The position numbers and the translations under genes were made by a program. This document shows, piece after piece, positions 1 to 8,390 of a stretch of 8,443 bases of DNA (positions are counted from its first letter, which is position 1; the number at the start of each line of letters is the position of its first letter). The notes under the pieces were generated by a model. It was not told where the DNA came from, did no database searches, and saw only the letters and a program-made list of their open reading frames with translations. Source of the stretch: a virus (taxonomy: Duplodnaviria; Heunggongvirae; Uroviricota; Caudoviricetes); IMG/VR virus record IMGVR_UViG_2671180680_000013; one strand, 5' to 3'.

Positions 1-2940
1 GTATTAAGACTATCACTTATTTAAGTGATACTGGTTGTCTGGAGATTCAGGGGGCCAGTCTAATTGCCGACGGAAAAACGCTGGTTATTGGCAATACAGA
101 GAATGACGGAGCTGTTGACTCTATTGCTGGTACCGGGTTGATCACCAAAACAGGTTCCGGCGATCTGGTACTTAATGCAGATAACAATGACTTTACTGGT
201 GAGATGCAGATTGAAAACGGTGAAGTTACCCTGGGCCGCAGCAACTCCCTGATGAATGTCGGCGATACGCATTGCCAGGACGATCCGCAAGACTGCTACG
301 GTCTGACGATAGGGAGTATTGATAAGTACCAGAATCAGGCAGAGCTAAACGTTGGCTCCACCCAACAAACCTTTGTGCACTCATTGACGGGCTTTCAGAA
401 TGGCACTTTAAATATCGATGCTGGTGGCAATGTTACTGTTAATCAAGGCAGTTTTGCTGGCACCATCGAAGGTGCTGGTCAGCTCACCATTGCGCAAAAC
501 GGCAGCTACGTGCTGTCGGGGGCGCAGTCGATGGCGCTAACCGGCGATATAGTCGTTGATGATGGTGCGGTGCTTTCGCTGGAAGGCGACGCGGCAGATC
601 TCGCCGCTCTCCAGGACGATCCGCAGTCGATCGTGTTAAACGGCGGTGTGCTCGATCTCTCTGATTTCTCCACCTGGCAGAGCGGCACATCATACAATGA
701 TGGCCTTGAAGTCAGTGGCAGCAGCGGAACGGTTATCGGCAGTCAGGATGTGGTAGATCTTGCAGGTGGCGACAATTTGCATATCGGCGGCGACGGGAAA
801 GATGGCGTCTACGTGGTGGTCGATGCGAGCGACGGGCAGGTAAGTCTGGCAAANNNNNNNNNNNNNNNNNNNNNNNNNNNNNNNNNNNNNNNNNNNNNNN
901 NNNNNNNNNNNNNNNNNNNNNNNNNNNNNNNNNNNNNNNNNNNNNNNNNNNNNNNNNNNNNNNNNNNNNNNNNNNNNNNNNNNNNNNNNNNNNNNNNNNN
1001 NNNNNNNNNNNNNNNNNNNNNNNNNNNNNNNNNNNNNNNNNNNNNNNNNNNNNNNNNNNNNNNNNNNNNNNNNNNNNNNNNNNNNNNNNNNNNNNNNNNN
1101 NNNNNNNNNATGGCTGACAGCAGCGGGCAGCATCAGGATGAGGGTAGCACATTTACTAAAACGGGGGCGGGTACGCTGGAGCTGACCGCCAGCGGTACAA
1201 CGCAGTCGGCAGTACGTGTCGAAGAAGGCACCCTGAAAGGCGATGTTGCGGATATCTTTCCTTATGCTTCGTCACTGTGGGTCGGTGATGGGGCGGCGTT
1301 CGTTACTGGCGCGGATCAGGATATTCAGTCTATCGATGCTACTTCCAGCGGCACTATCGATATCAGCGATGGTACGGTTTTGCGTCTGACCGGGCAGGAT
1401 ACTTCCGTCGCCCTTAATGCCTCATTGTTTAACGGCGATGGGACGCTGGTGAATGCTACCGATGGCGTGACGTTGACAGGTGAGCTTAATACCAACCTTG
1501 AAACTGACAGCCTGACCTATCTTGCCGACGTGACGGTTAATGGTGATCTGACCAATACGTCCGGTGCGGTTAGCCTGCAAAATGGCGTCGCTGGCGATAC
1601 GCTGACGGTAAACGGTGATTATACCGGCGGCGGTACGCTACTGCTCGATAGCGAATTAAACGGCGATGACTCGGTAAGCGATCAATTGGTGATGAACGGT
1701 AATACTGCTGGCAATACCACGGTGGTGGTTAACTCTATTACAGGGATTGGTGAGCCGACATCGACAGGCATTAAAGTGGTTGATTTCGCAGCTGATCCCA
1801 CGCAGTTTCAAAACAATGCGCAGTTCAGTCTGGCAGGCAGCGGCTACGTCAATATGGGAGCGTATGACTACACGCTGGTGGAAGATNNNNNNNNNNNNNN
1901 NNNNNNNNNNNNNNNNNNNNNNNNNNNNNNNNNNNNNNNNNNNNNNNNNNNNNNNNNNNNNNNNNNNNNNNNNNNNNNNNNNNNNNNNNNNNNNNNNNNN
2001 NNNNNNNNNNNNNNNNNNNNNNNNNNNNNNNNNNNNNNNNNNNNNNNNNNNNNNNNNNNNNNNNNNNNNNNNNNNNNNNNNNNNNNNNNNNNNNNNNNNN
2101 NNNNNNNNNNNNNNNNNNNNNNNNNNNNNNNNNNNNNNNTGTTATCGGCGGACGTTATCATTACACGGCGGCAGGGCAACTGGCTNNNNNNNNNNNNNNN
2201 NNNNNNNNNNNNNNNNNNNNNNNNNNNNNNNNNNNNNNNNNNNNNNNNNNNNNNNNNNNNNNNNNNNNNNNNNNNNNNNNNNNNNNNNNNNNNNNNNNNN
2301 NNNNNNNNNNNNNNNNNNNNNNNNNNNNNNNNNNNNNNNNNNNNNNNNNNNNNNNNNNNNNNNNNNNNNNNNNNNNNNNNNNNNNNNNNNNNNNNNNNNN
2401 NNNNNNNNNNNNNNNNNNNNNNNNNNNNNNNNNNNNNNNNNNNNNNNCGCGTGGTTTAGCAATGATGTTTCTGAACATGAAGATGGCACAGATCATTACC
2501 ATTCGTCGGGGATTATCGCCTCGCTGGAAGCCGGGTATCAGTGGTTACCGGGGCGTGGTGTGGTGATTGAACCGCAGGCGCAGGTGATTTATCAGGGCGT
2601 GCAGCAGGATGATTTTACCGCCGCTAACCATGCGCGCGTGTCACAATCGCAGGGGGATGATATTCAGACGCGGCTGGGTTTACACAGCGAATGGCGTACC
2701 GCGGTTGGTGTCACACCAACATTAGATCTGAATTATTATCACGATCCCCATGCGACGGAAATTGAAGAAGATGGCAGCACTATCAGTGACGATGCGGTGA
2801 AGCGACGGGGTGAAATAAAAGTGGGAGTCACGGGCAATATCAGTCAGCGAGTGTCCCTGCGCGGCAGCGTGGCGTGGCAGAAAGGGAGTGATGATTTTGC
2901 CCAGACGGCAGGGTTTTTGTCGATGACGGTGAAATGGTAA
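1..2940 (+). CDS. yfaL: AIDA-I-type autotransporter adhesin (YfaL/EhaC-like), 5'-truncated by the window edge; passenger domain plus C-terminal beta-barrel translocator
   Basis: Frame +3 is open from the window edge to 853 and again 1110-1886. The product is Gly/Thr/Asp/Asn-rich with recurring NGD/TLTG-type motifs typical of beta-helical passenger domains, and ends with a junction-like GAYDYTLVED (1857-1886). After the masks, 2449-2937 (frame +1) reads AWFSNDVSEHEDG...GFLSMTVKW with a terminal Trp, as in autotransporter beta-barrels; stop TAA at 2938-2940. Gene name comes from the recalled locus order yfaL-ubiG-gyrA. The unmasked segments sit in different frames (+3; the 2140-2185 island reads best in +2; then +1), so I cannot assert the gene is intact. 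Confidence 0.8.
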
Positions 2941-2962
2941 TCGCTGTCTGACCATCACAATT

Positions 2963-3045
2963 GCCGGATGCGGCGTAAACGCCTTATCTGGCCTACGGAG
3001 AGCATTTGTAGGCCTGATAAGACGCTGCAAGCGTCGCATCAGGCA
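2963..3045. repeat. BIME: two inverted REP (repetitive extragenic palindromic) units between the convergent yfaL and ubiG 3' ends
   Basis: 2963-2996 gccggatgcggcgtaaacgccttatctggcctac and 3008-3045 gtaggcctgataagacgctgcaagcgtcgcatcaggca are each imperfect palindromes matching the enterobacterial REP consensus (GCC[G/T]GATGCG...GGCCTAC), arranged head to head and separated by about 11 nt. Confidence 0.75.
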
Positions 3046-3067
3046 TTGGCGCGGCCAAACATCAACC

Positions 3068-3811
3068 TCACTTATTCTGCGTGTGCAGCATATAGTTCAC
3101 ATCCACGCCGGGGCCGAGCTTAAAGGAATTAGTGATCGGGTTGTAATGTAGCCCGGTTATATGTCGCTCTTTTAAACTGGTCTGATCCACCCAGCCAAGC
3201 AGCTCTGCCGGTTTAATAAACTTCTTCACATCATGCGTACCTTTGGGCACCATGCGCAAAATATATTCCGCGCCAACCACCGCCATCAGCCATGACTTGC
3301 CGTTGCGGTTAAGCGTCGAGAAAAAGACATCGCCGCCTGGTTTCACCAGTTGCGCACAGGCTCTGACCACTGACTGCGGATCGGGTACGTGCTCCAGCAT
3401 CTCCATGCAGGTCACCACATCATACTGCCCGGCATGTTTTGCCGCGTGCTCTTCCACGGTTNNNNNNNNNNNNNNNNNNNNNNNNNNNNNNNNNNNNNNN
3501 NNNNNNNNNNNNNNNNNNNNNNNNNNNNNNNNNNNNNNNNNNNNNNNNNNNNNNNNNNNNNNNNNNNNNNNNNNNNNNNNNNNNNNNNNNNNNNNNNNNN
3601 NNNNNNNNNNNNNNNNNNNNNNNNNNNNNNNNNNNNNNNNNNNNNNNNNNNNNNNNNNNNNNNNNNNNNNNNNNNNNNNNNNNNNNNNNNNNNNNNNNNN
3701 NNNNNNNNNNNNNNNNNNNNNNNNNNCCCACCAGCGGGAGGCGACGGCTTCAAATTTAGCGATCTCTTCGTGGTCTACGTTATGGTTTTCCGGCGATTTT
3801 TCGGCATTCAT
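3068..3811 (-). CDS. ubiG: bifunctional 3-demethylubiquinone-9 3-O-methyltransferase / 2-polyprenyl-6-hydroxyphenol methylase (ubiquinone biosynthesis)
   Basis: Minus-strand ORF with N-terminus [28 protein letters not shown] and C-terminus ...[19 protein letters not shown]...[20 protein letters not shown]...NYMLHTQNK, matching UbiG including the post-I class I SAM-methyltransferase motifs. Start ATG is the complement of 3809-3811, with GGAG 11 nt upstream on the coding strand. The ORF-track start at 3859 adds 16 residues with no ribosome-binding site and is not used. Stop TGA is the complement of 3068-3070. The SAM-binding glycine-rich motif lies inside mask 3462-3726. Confidence 0.92.
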
Positions 3812-3845
3812 TGGCACTTCTACTCCGTAATTGGCAAGACAAACG

Positions 3846-3874
3846 AGTATATCAGGCATTGGATGTGAATAAAG
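3846..3874 (-). promoter_or_regulatory. candidate sigma70 promoter for ubiG (-10 TATACT, weak -35 CTTTAT, 17-nt spacer, read on the minus strand)
   Basis: The reverse complement of 3846-3851 is TATACT and of 3869-3874 is CTTTAT; the spacer is 17 nt and the -10 lies about 35 nt upstream of the ubiG start. Pattern match only. Confidence 0.25.
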
Positions 3875-3882
3875 CGTATAGG

Positions 3883-3913
3883 TTTACCTCAAACTGCGCG
3901 GCTGTGTTATAAT
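3883..3913 (+). promoter_or_regulatory. gyrA promoter: -35-like TTTACC (3883-3888) and extended -10 TGtTATAAT (3905-3913)
   Basis: A perfect TATAAT at 3908-3913 is preceded by TG at 3905-3906 (extended -10), about 45 nt upstream of the gyrA ATG. TTTACC lies 19 nt upstream of the -10. Shine-Dalgarno GAGGG at 3943-3947 sits 10 nt before the ATG. The gyrA promoter is known to be induced by DNA relaxation, with the -10 region the key determinant. Confidence 0.55.
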
Positions 3914-3957
3914 TTGCGACCTTTGAATCCGGGATACAGTAGAGGGATAGCGGTTAG

Positions 3958-6645
3958 ATGAGCGACCTTGCGAGAGAAATTACACCGGTCAACATTGAGG
4001 AAGAGCTGAAGAGCTCCTATCTGGATTATGCGATGTCGGTCATTGTTGGCCGTGCGCTGCCGGATGTCCGAGATGGCCTGAAGCCGGTACACCGTCGCGT
4101 ACTTTACGCCATGAACGTACTAGGCAATGACTGGAACAAAGCCTATAAAAAATCTGCCCGTGTCGTTGGTGACGTAATCGGTAAATACCATCCCCATGGT
4201 GACTTGGCGGTTTATGGCACGATCGTCCGTATGGCGCAGCCATTCTCGCTGCGTTACATGCTGGTAGACGGTCAGGGTAACTTCGGTTCCATCGACGGCG
4301 ACTCTGCGGCGGCAATGCGTTATACGGAAATCCGTCTGGCGAAAATTGCCCATGAACTGATGGCCGATCTCGAAAAAGAGACGGTCGATTTCGTTGATAA
4401 CTATGACGGCACGGAAAAAATTCCGGACGTCATGCCAACCAAAATTCCTAACCTGCTGGTGAACGGTTCTTCCGGTATCGCCGTAGGTATGGCAACCAAC
4501 ATCCCGCCGCACAACCTGACGGAAGTCATCAACGGTTGTCTGGCGTATATCGATGATGAAGACATCAGCATTGAAGGGCTGATGGAACACATCCCGGGGC
4601 CGGACTTCCCGACGGCGGCAATCATTAACGGTCGTCGCGGTATTGAAGAAGCTTACCGTACCGGTCGTGGCAAGGTGTACATCCGCGCCCGTGCTGAAGT
4701 GGAAGTCGACGCCAAAACCGGGCGTGAAACCATTATCGTCCACGAAATTCCGTATCAGGTAAACAAAGCGCGCCTGATCGAGAAGATTGCGGAACTGGTA
4801 AAAGAAAAACGCGTGGAAGGCATCAGCGCGCTGCGTGACGAGTCTGACAAAGACGGTATGCGCATCGTGATTGAAGTTAAACGCGATGCGGTCGGTGAAG
4901 TTGTGCTCAACAACCTCTACTCCCAGACCCAGTTGCAGGTTTCTTTCGGTATCAACATGGTGGCATTGCACCATGGTCAGCCGAAGATCATGAACCTGAA
5001 AGATATCATCGCGGCGTTTGTTCGTCACCGCCGTGAAGTGGTGACCCGTCGTACTATTTTCGAACTGCGTAAAGCTCGCGATCGTGCTCATATCCTTGAA
5101 GCACTAGCCGTGGCGCTGGCGAACATCGACCCGATCATCGAACTGATCCGTCATGCGCCGACGCCTGCAGAAGCGAAAACTGCGCTGGTGGCTAATCCGT
5201 GGCAGCTGGGCAACGTTGCCGCGATGCTGGAACGTGCTGGCGACGATGCTGCGCGTCCGGAATGGCTGGAGCCAGAGTTCGGCGTGCGTGATGGTCTGTA
5301 CTACCTGACCGAACAGCAAGCTCAGGCGATTCTGGATCTGCGTTTGCAGAAACTGACCGGCCTTGAGCACGAAAAACTGCTCGACGAATACAAAGAGCTG
5401 CTGGATCAGATCGCGGAACTGTTGCGTATTCTTGGTAGCGCCGATCGTCTGATGGAAGTGATCCGTGAAGAGCTGGAGCTGGTTCGTGAACAGTTCGGTG
5501 ACAAACGTCGTACTGAAATCACCGCCAACAGCGCAGACATCAACCTGGAAGATCTGATNNNNNNNNNNNNNNNNNNNNNNNNNNNNNNNNNNNNNNNNNN
5601 NNNNNNNNNNNNNNNNNNNNNNNNNNNNNNNNNNNNNNNNNNNNNNNNNNNNNNNNNNNNNNNNNNNNNNNNNNNNNNNNNNNNNNNNNNNNNNNNNNNN
5701 NNNNNNNNNNNNNNNNNNNNNNNNNNNNNNNNNNNNNNNNNNNNNNNNNNNNNNNNNNNNNNNNNNNNNNNNNNNNNNNNNNNNNNNNNNNNNNNNNNNN
5801 NNNNNNNNNNNNNNNNNNNNNNNNNNNNNNNNNNNNNNNNNNNNNNNNNNNNNNNNNNNNNNNNNNNNNNNNTCGTCAACCTGCTGCCGCTGGAGCAGGA
5901 CGAACGTATCACCGCGATCCTGCCAGTGACCGAGTTTGAAGAAGGCGTGAAAGTCTTCATGGCGACCGCTAACGGTACTGTGAAGAAAACCGTCCTCACC
6001 GAATTCAACCGTCTGCGTACCGCCGGTAAAGTGGCGATCAAACTGGTTGAAGGCGATGAGCTGATCGGCGTTGACCTGACCAGCGGCGAAGACGAAGTAA
6101 TGCTGTTCTCCGCCGAAGGTAAAGTGGTGCGCTTTAAAGAGTCTTCTGTCCGTGCGATGGGCTGCAACACCACCGGTGTTCGCGGTATTCGCTTAGGTGA
6201 AGGCGATAAAGTCGTCTCTCTGATCGTGCCTCGTGGCGATGGCGCAATCCTCACCGCAACGCAAAACGGTTACGGTAAACGTACCGCAGTGGCGGAATAC
6301 CCAACCAAGTCGCGTGCGACGAAAGGGGTTATCTCCATCAAGGTTACCGAACGTAACGGTTTAGTGGTTGGCGCGGTACAGGTAGATGACTGCGACCAGA
6401 TCATGATGATCACCGATGCCGGTACGCTGGTACGTACTCGCGTTTCAGAAATCAGCATCGTGGGCCGTAACACCCAGGGCGTGATCCTCATCCGTACTGC
6501 GGAAGATGAAAACGTAGTGGGTCTGCAACGTGTTGCTGAACCGGTTGACGAGGAAGATCTCGATACCATCGACGGCAGTGCCGCGGAAGGGGACGATGAA
6601 ATCGCTCCGGAAGTGGACGTTGACGACGAGCCAGAAGAAGAATAA
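3958..6645 (+). CDS. gyrA: DNA gyrase subunit A, carrying QRDR substitutions S83L and D87G
   Basis: The ORF translates to [53 protein letters not shown]... with catalytic-region sequence ...[19 protein letters not shown]... and the acidic tail ...[11 protein letters not shown], matching E. coli GyrA as I recall it. Codon 83 (4204-4206) is TTG (Leu) and codon 87 (4216-4218) is GGC (Gly). The GyrA-box region is hidden in mask 5559-5872. ORF length is 895 codons against 875 for K-12; the excess falls inside the mask. Confidence 0.97.
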   Translation: MSDLAREITPVNIEEELKSSYLDYAMSVIVGRALPDVRDGLKPVHRRVLYAMNVLGNDWNKAYKKSARVVGDVIGKYHPHGDLAVYGTIVRMAQPFSLRYMLVDGQGNFGSIDGDSAAAMRYTEIRLAKIAHELMADLEKETVDFVDNYDGTEKIPDVMPTKIPNLLVNGSSGIAVGMATNIPPHNLTEVINGCLAYIDDEDISIEGLMEHIPGPDFPTAAIINGRRGIEEAYRTGRGKVYIRARAEVEVDAKTGRETIIVHEIPYQVNKARLIEKIAELVKEKRVEGISALRDESDKDGMRIVIEVKRDAVGEVVLNNLYSQTQLQVSFGINMVALHHGQPKIMNLKDIIAAFVRHRREVVTRRTIFELRKARDRAHILEALAVALANIDPIIELIRHAPTPAEAKTALVANPWQLGNVAAMLERAGDDAARPEWLEPEFGVRDGLYYLTEQQAQAILDLRLQKLTGLEHEKLLDEYKELLDQIAELLRILGSADRLMEVIREELELVREQFGDKRRTEITANSADINLEDLXXXXXXXXXXXXXXXXXXXXXXXXXXXXXXXXXXXXXXXXXXXXXXXXXXXXXXXXXXXXXXXXXXXXXXXXXXXXXXXXXXXXXXXXXXXXXXXXXXXXXXXXXXVNLLPLEQDERITAILPVTEFEEGVKVFMATANGTVKKTVLTEFNRLRTAGKVAIKLVEGDELIGVDLTSGEDEVMLFSAEGKVVRFKESSVRAMGCNTTGVRGIRLGEGDKVVSLIVPRGDGAILTATQNGYGKRTAVAEYPTKSRATKGVISIKVTERNGLVVGAVQVDDCDQIMMITDAGTLVRTRVSEISIVGRNTQGVILIRTAEDENVVGLQRVAEPVDEEDLDTIDGSAAEGDDEIAPEVDVDDEPEEE

Positions 6646-6664
6646 TTTTACTTCTTCATGCCAA

Positions 6665-6687
6665 AAGGGAGCTATCTCCCTTGTTTG
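6665..6687 (+). terminator. possible hairpin just downstream of gyrA stop (7-bp stem AAGGGAG/CTCCCTT, loop CTAT, followed by GTTTG)
   Basis: Perfect inverted repeat 6665-6671 / 6676-6682 with a 4-nt loop; the downstream U-tract is short (GUUUG), so it is weak as a terminator on its own. Confidence 0.3.
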
Positions 6688-6693
6688 AATTGA

Positions 6694-6722
6694 AAAGTCC
6701 AGGCTGCAAAGTCTGGGCTTTT
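6694..6722 (+). terminator. rho-independent terminator candidate for gyrA
   Basis: Stem 6694-6702 aaagtccag pairs with 6713-6721 ctgggcttt (one G-U wobble), with a 10-nt loop gctgcaaagt; the 3' arm runs into TTTT (6719-6722). It lies about 50 nt past the gyrA stop. Confidence 0.5.
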
Positions 6723-6793
6723 GTCGTATTAGGGCACGGTAAAGTTTGGCTGTGCCCGTAAAAAATGGCTGGCTATACACAAGGAATGTGGCA

Positions 6794-8382
6794 ATGAGTG
6801 GTGAAAAAAAGCGAAAGGCTGGCGGTTCTATGGTCTTGTAGGTTTTGGCGCAATAGTACTGCTTTCCGCTGGTGTCTGGGCGTTGCAATATGCTGGCAGT
6901 GGGCCAGAAAAAACGTTGTCGCCGCTGGTGGTGCACAACAATCTGCAAATCGATCTCAATGAGCCGGACCTCTTTCTCGACAGCGACTCTCTGAGCCAGC
7001 TTCCCAAAGATCTCCTCACCATTCCGTTTCTCCACGATGTTCTGAGTGAAGATTTCGTTTTCTATTATCAGAATCATGCCGATCGTCTGGGCATTGAAGG
7101 CAGCATTCGTCGCATTGTCTATGAACACGATCTCACGCTGAAAGATAAACTCTTTTCGTCACTCTTAGATCAGCCCGCGCAGGCTGCGCTATGGCACGAT
7201 AAACAAGGCCATCTTTCACATTACATGGTGCTGATCCAGCGCAGTGGTTTAAGCAAACTGCTGGAGCCATTGTTGTTTGCCGCTACCAGCGACAGCCAGT
7301 TAAGCAAAACGGAAATCAGTAGCATCAAGATAAATAGTGAAACTATTCCTGTTTATCAGTTGCGCTATAACGGCAATAACGCCCTGATGTTCGCGACTTA
7401 TCAGGACAAGATGCTGGTGTTTTCCAGCACGGATATGTTGTTTAAAGATGATCAGCAGGATACCGAAGCCACGGCGATCGCAGGTGATTTGTTGAGCGGC
7501 AAAAAACGCTGGCAAGCAAGCTTTGGCCTGGAAGAGCGTGCTGCTGAAAAAACGCCAGTACGCCAGCGCATCGTGGTCAGCGCCAGGTTGCTGGGTTTTG
7601 GCTACCAGCGGTTAATGCCTTCTTTTGCTGGCGTACGCTTCGAAATGGGTAACGACGGCTGGCACAGTTTTGTGGCGTTAAATGATGAATCCGCCAGCGT
7701 AGATACCAGTTTCGATTTTACGCCGGTCTGGAACAGTATGCCTGCCGGGGCCAGCTTCTGTGTGGTGGTGCCGTATTCACACGGTATTGCCGAAGAGATG
7801 CTTTCGCACATCAGCCAGGAAAACGACAAGCTGAATGGGGCGTTAGACGGTGCCGCGGGGCTGTGCTGGTATGAAGACTCAAAATTGCAAACCCCGCTGT
7901 TTGTCGGTCAGTTTGATGGCACTGCCGAACAGGCGCAATTGCCAGGGAAACTGTTTACGCAAAATATTGGTGCGCACGAAAGCAAAGCGCCAGAAGGTGT
8001 TTTGCCGATAAGCCAGACTCAGCAGGGCGAAGCGCAAATCTGGCGTCGCGAAGTGAGTTCCCGATACGGTCAGTATCCGAAAGCGCAGGCGGCGCAACCC
8101 GATCAATTAATGTCGGATTATTTTTTCCGCGTGTCGCTGGCGATGCAAAACAAAACGCTGCTTTTCTCCCTCGATGACACGCTGGTTAATAACGCCCTGC
8201 AAACACTGAATAAAAACCGCCCGGCAATGGTGGATGTAATACCCACTGATGGCATCGTTCCGCTCTATATCAATTCACAAGGCGTGGCGAAACTGCTGCG
8301 TAACGAAACGTTGACCAGTCTGCCGAAGAATCTCGAACCGGTTTTTTATAACGCCGCACAGGTGATGCTGCCAACTTACTGA
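6794..8382 (+). CDS. yfaA: DUF2138-family exported protein (YfaA-like); reading frame interrupted at an A7 tract (6804-6810) immediately after the start codon
   Basis: ATG at 6794 with AAGGA (6781-6785) 8 nt upstream opens frame +2 (MSGEKKRKAGGSMVL, stop at 6839-6841). From 6805 frame +1 is open to TGA at 8380-8382 and begins KKAKGWRFYGLVGFGAIVLLSAGVWALQYAGSG, a classic signal-peptide or signal-anchor n/h/c pattern. There is no ATG or GTG in frame +1 before TTG at 6883 (the ORF-track start). An eighth A in the tract would join the ATG to the long ORF, giving about 529 aa. Gene name is from the recalled position downstream of gyrA. Confidence 0.6.
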
Positions 8383-8390
8383 TTTAGTGT

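Noticed and set aside
1747-1886. Frame +1 start of the 397-aa ORF (MVSRHRQALKWLIS...)
   Set aside because: In this interval the genuine yfaL frame is +3, which is continuous and passenger-like. Frame +1 here is an overlapping open frame; it becomes the real frame only after mask 2186-2447.
2722-3039. 105-aa minus-strand ORF across the yfaL 3' end and the BIME
   Set aside because: It reads through the REP palindromes and is antisense to the yfaL beta-barrel; REP elements routinely create spurious ORFs.
3812-3859. Upstream extension of ubiG to the ORF-track start ([16 protein letters not shown])
   Set aside because: There is no ribosome-binding site at that ATG and it would place the start inside the divergent promoter region; ATG at 3809-3811 has a GGAG and gives the canonical MNAEKSP N-terminus.
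4120-5091. 323-aa ORF on the minus strand inside gyrA
   Set aside because: It is antisense to a well-supported, highly expressed gene and its translation is low-complexity (Val/Thr/Arg/Phe-rich) with no ribosome-binding site. Long antisense ORFs are expected opposite codon-biased genes.
5559-5872. A genuine 20-codon in-frame insertion in GyrA (and 7 codons in UbiG at 3462-3726)
   Set aside because: Insertions in two unrelated essential genes that coincide exactly with masked blocks are far less likely than masks of non-native length, and the yfaL frame jumps across masks point the same way. Kept as a finding only because it cannot be excluded without the unmasked sequence.
5406-6254. 282-aa minus-strand ORF opposite the gyrA C-terminal domain
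   Set aside because: Its open state depends on the N-block (translated as X), and the visible part is Ser/Thr/Arg-rich antisense sequence.
6732-6757. Third hairpin as a rho-independent terminator
   Set aside because: On the + strand it is followed by an A-run, not a U-run; on the - strand the T-run precedes the stem. The geometry is wrong for an intrinsic terminator in either direction.
6445-7128. 227-aa minus-strand ORF spanning the gyrA 3' end, the terminator hairpins and the yfaA 5' end
   Set aside because: It runs through palindromic terminator sequence and two sense-strand genes, and the product is Phe/Ile-rich low-complexity. No start context.
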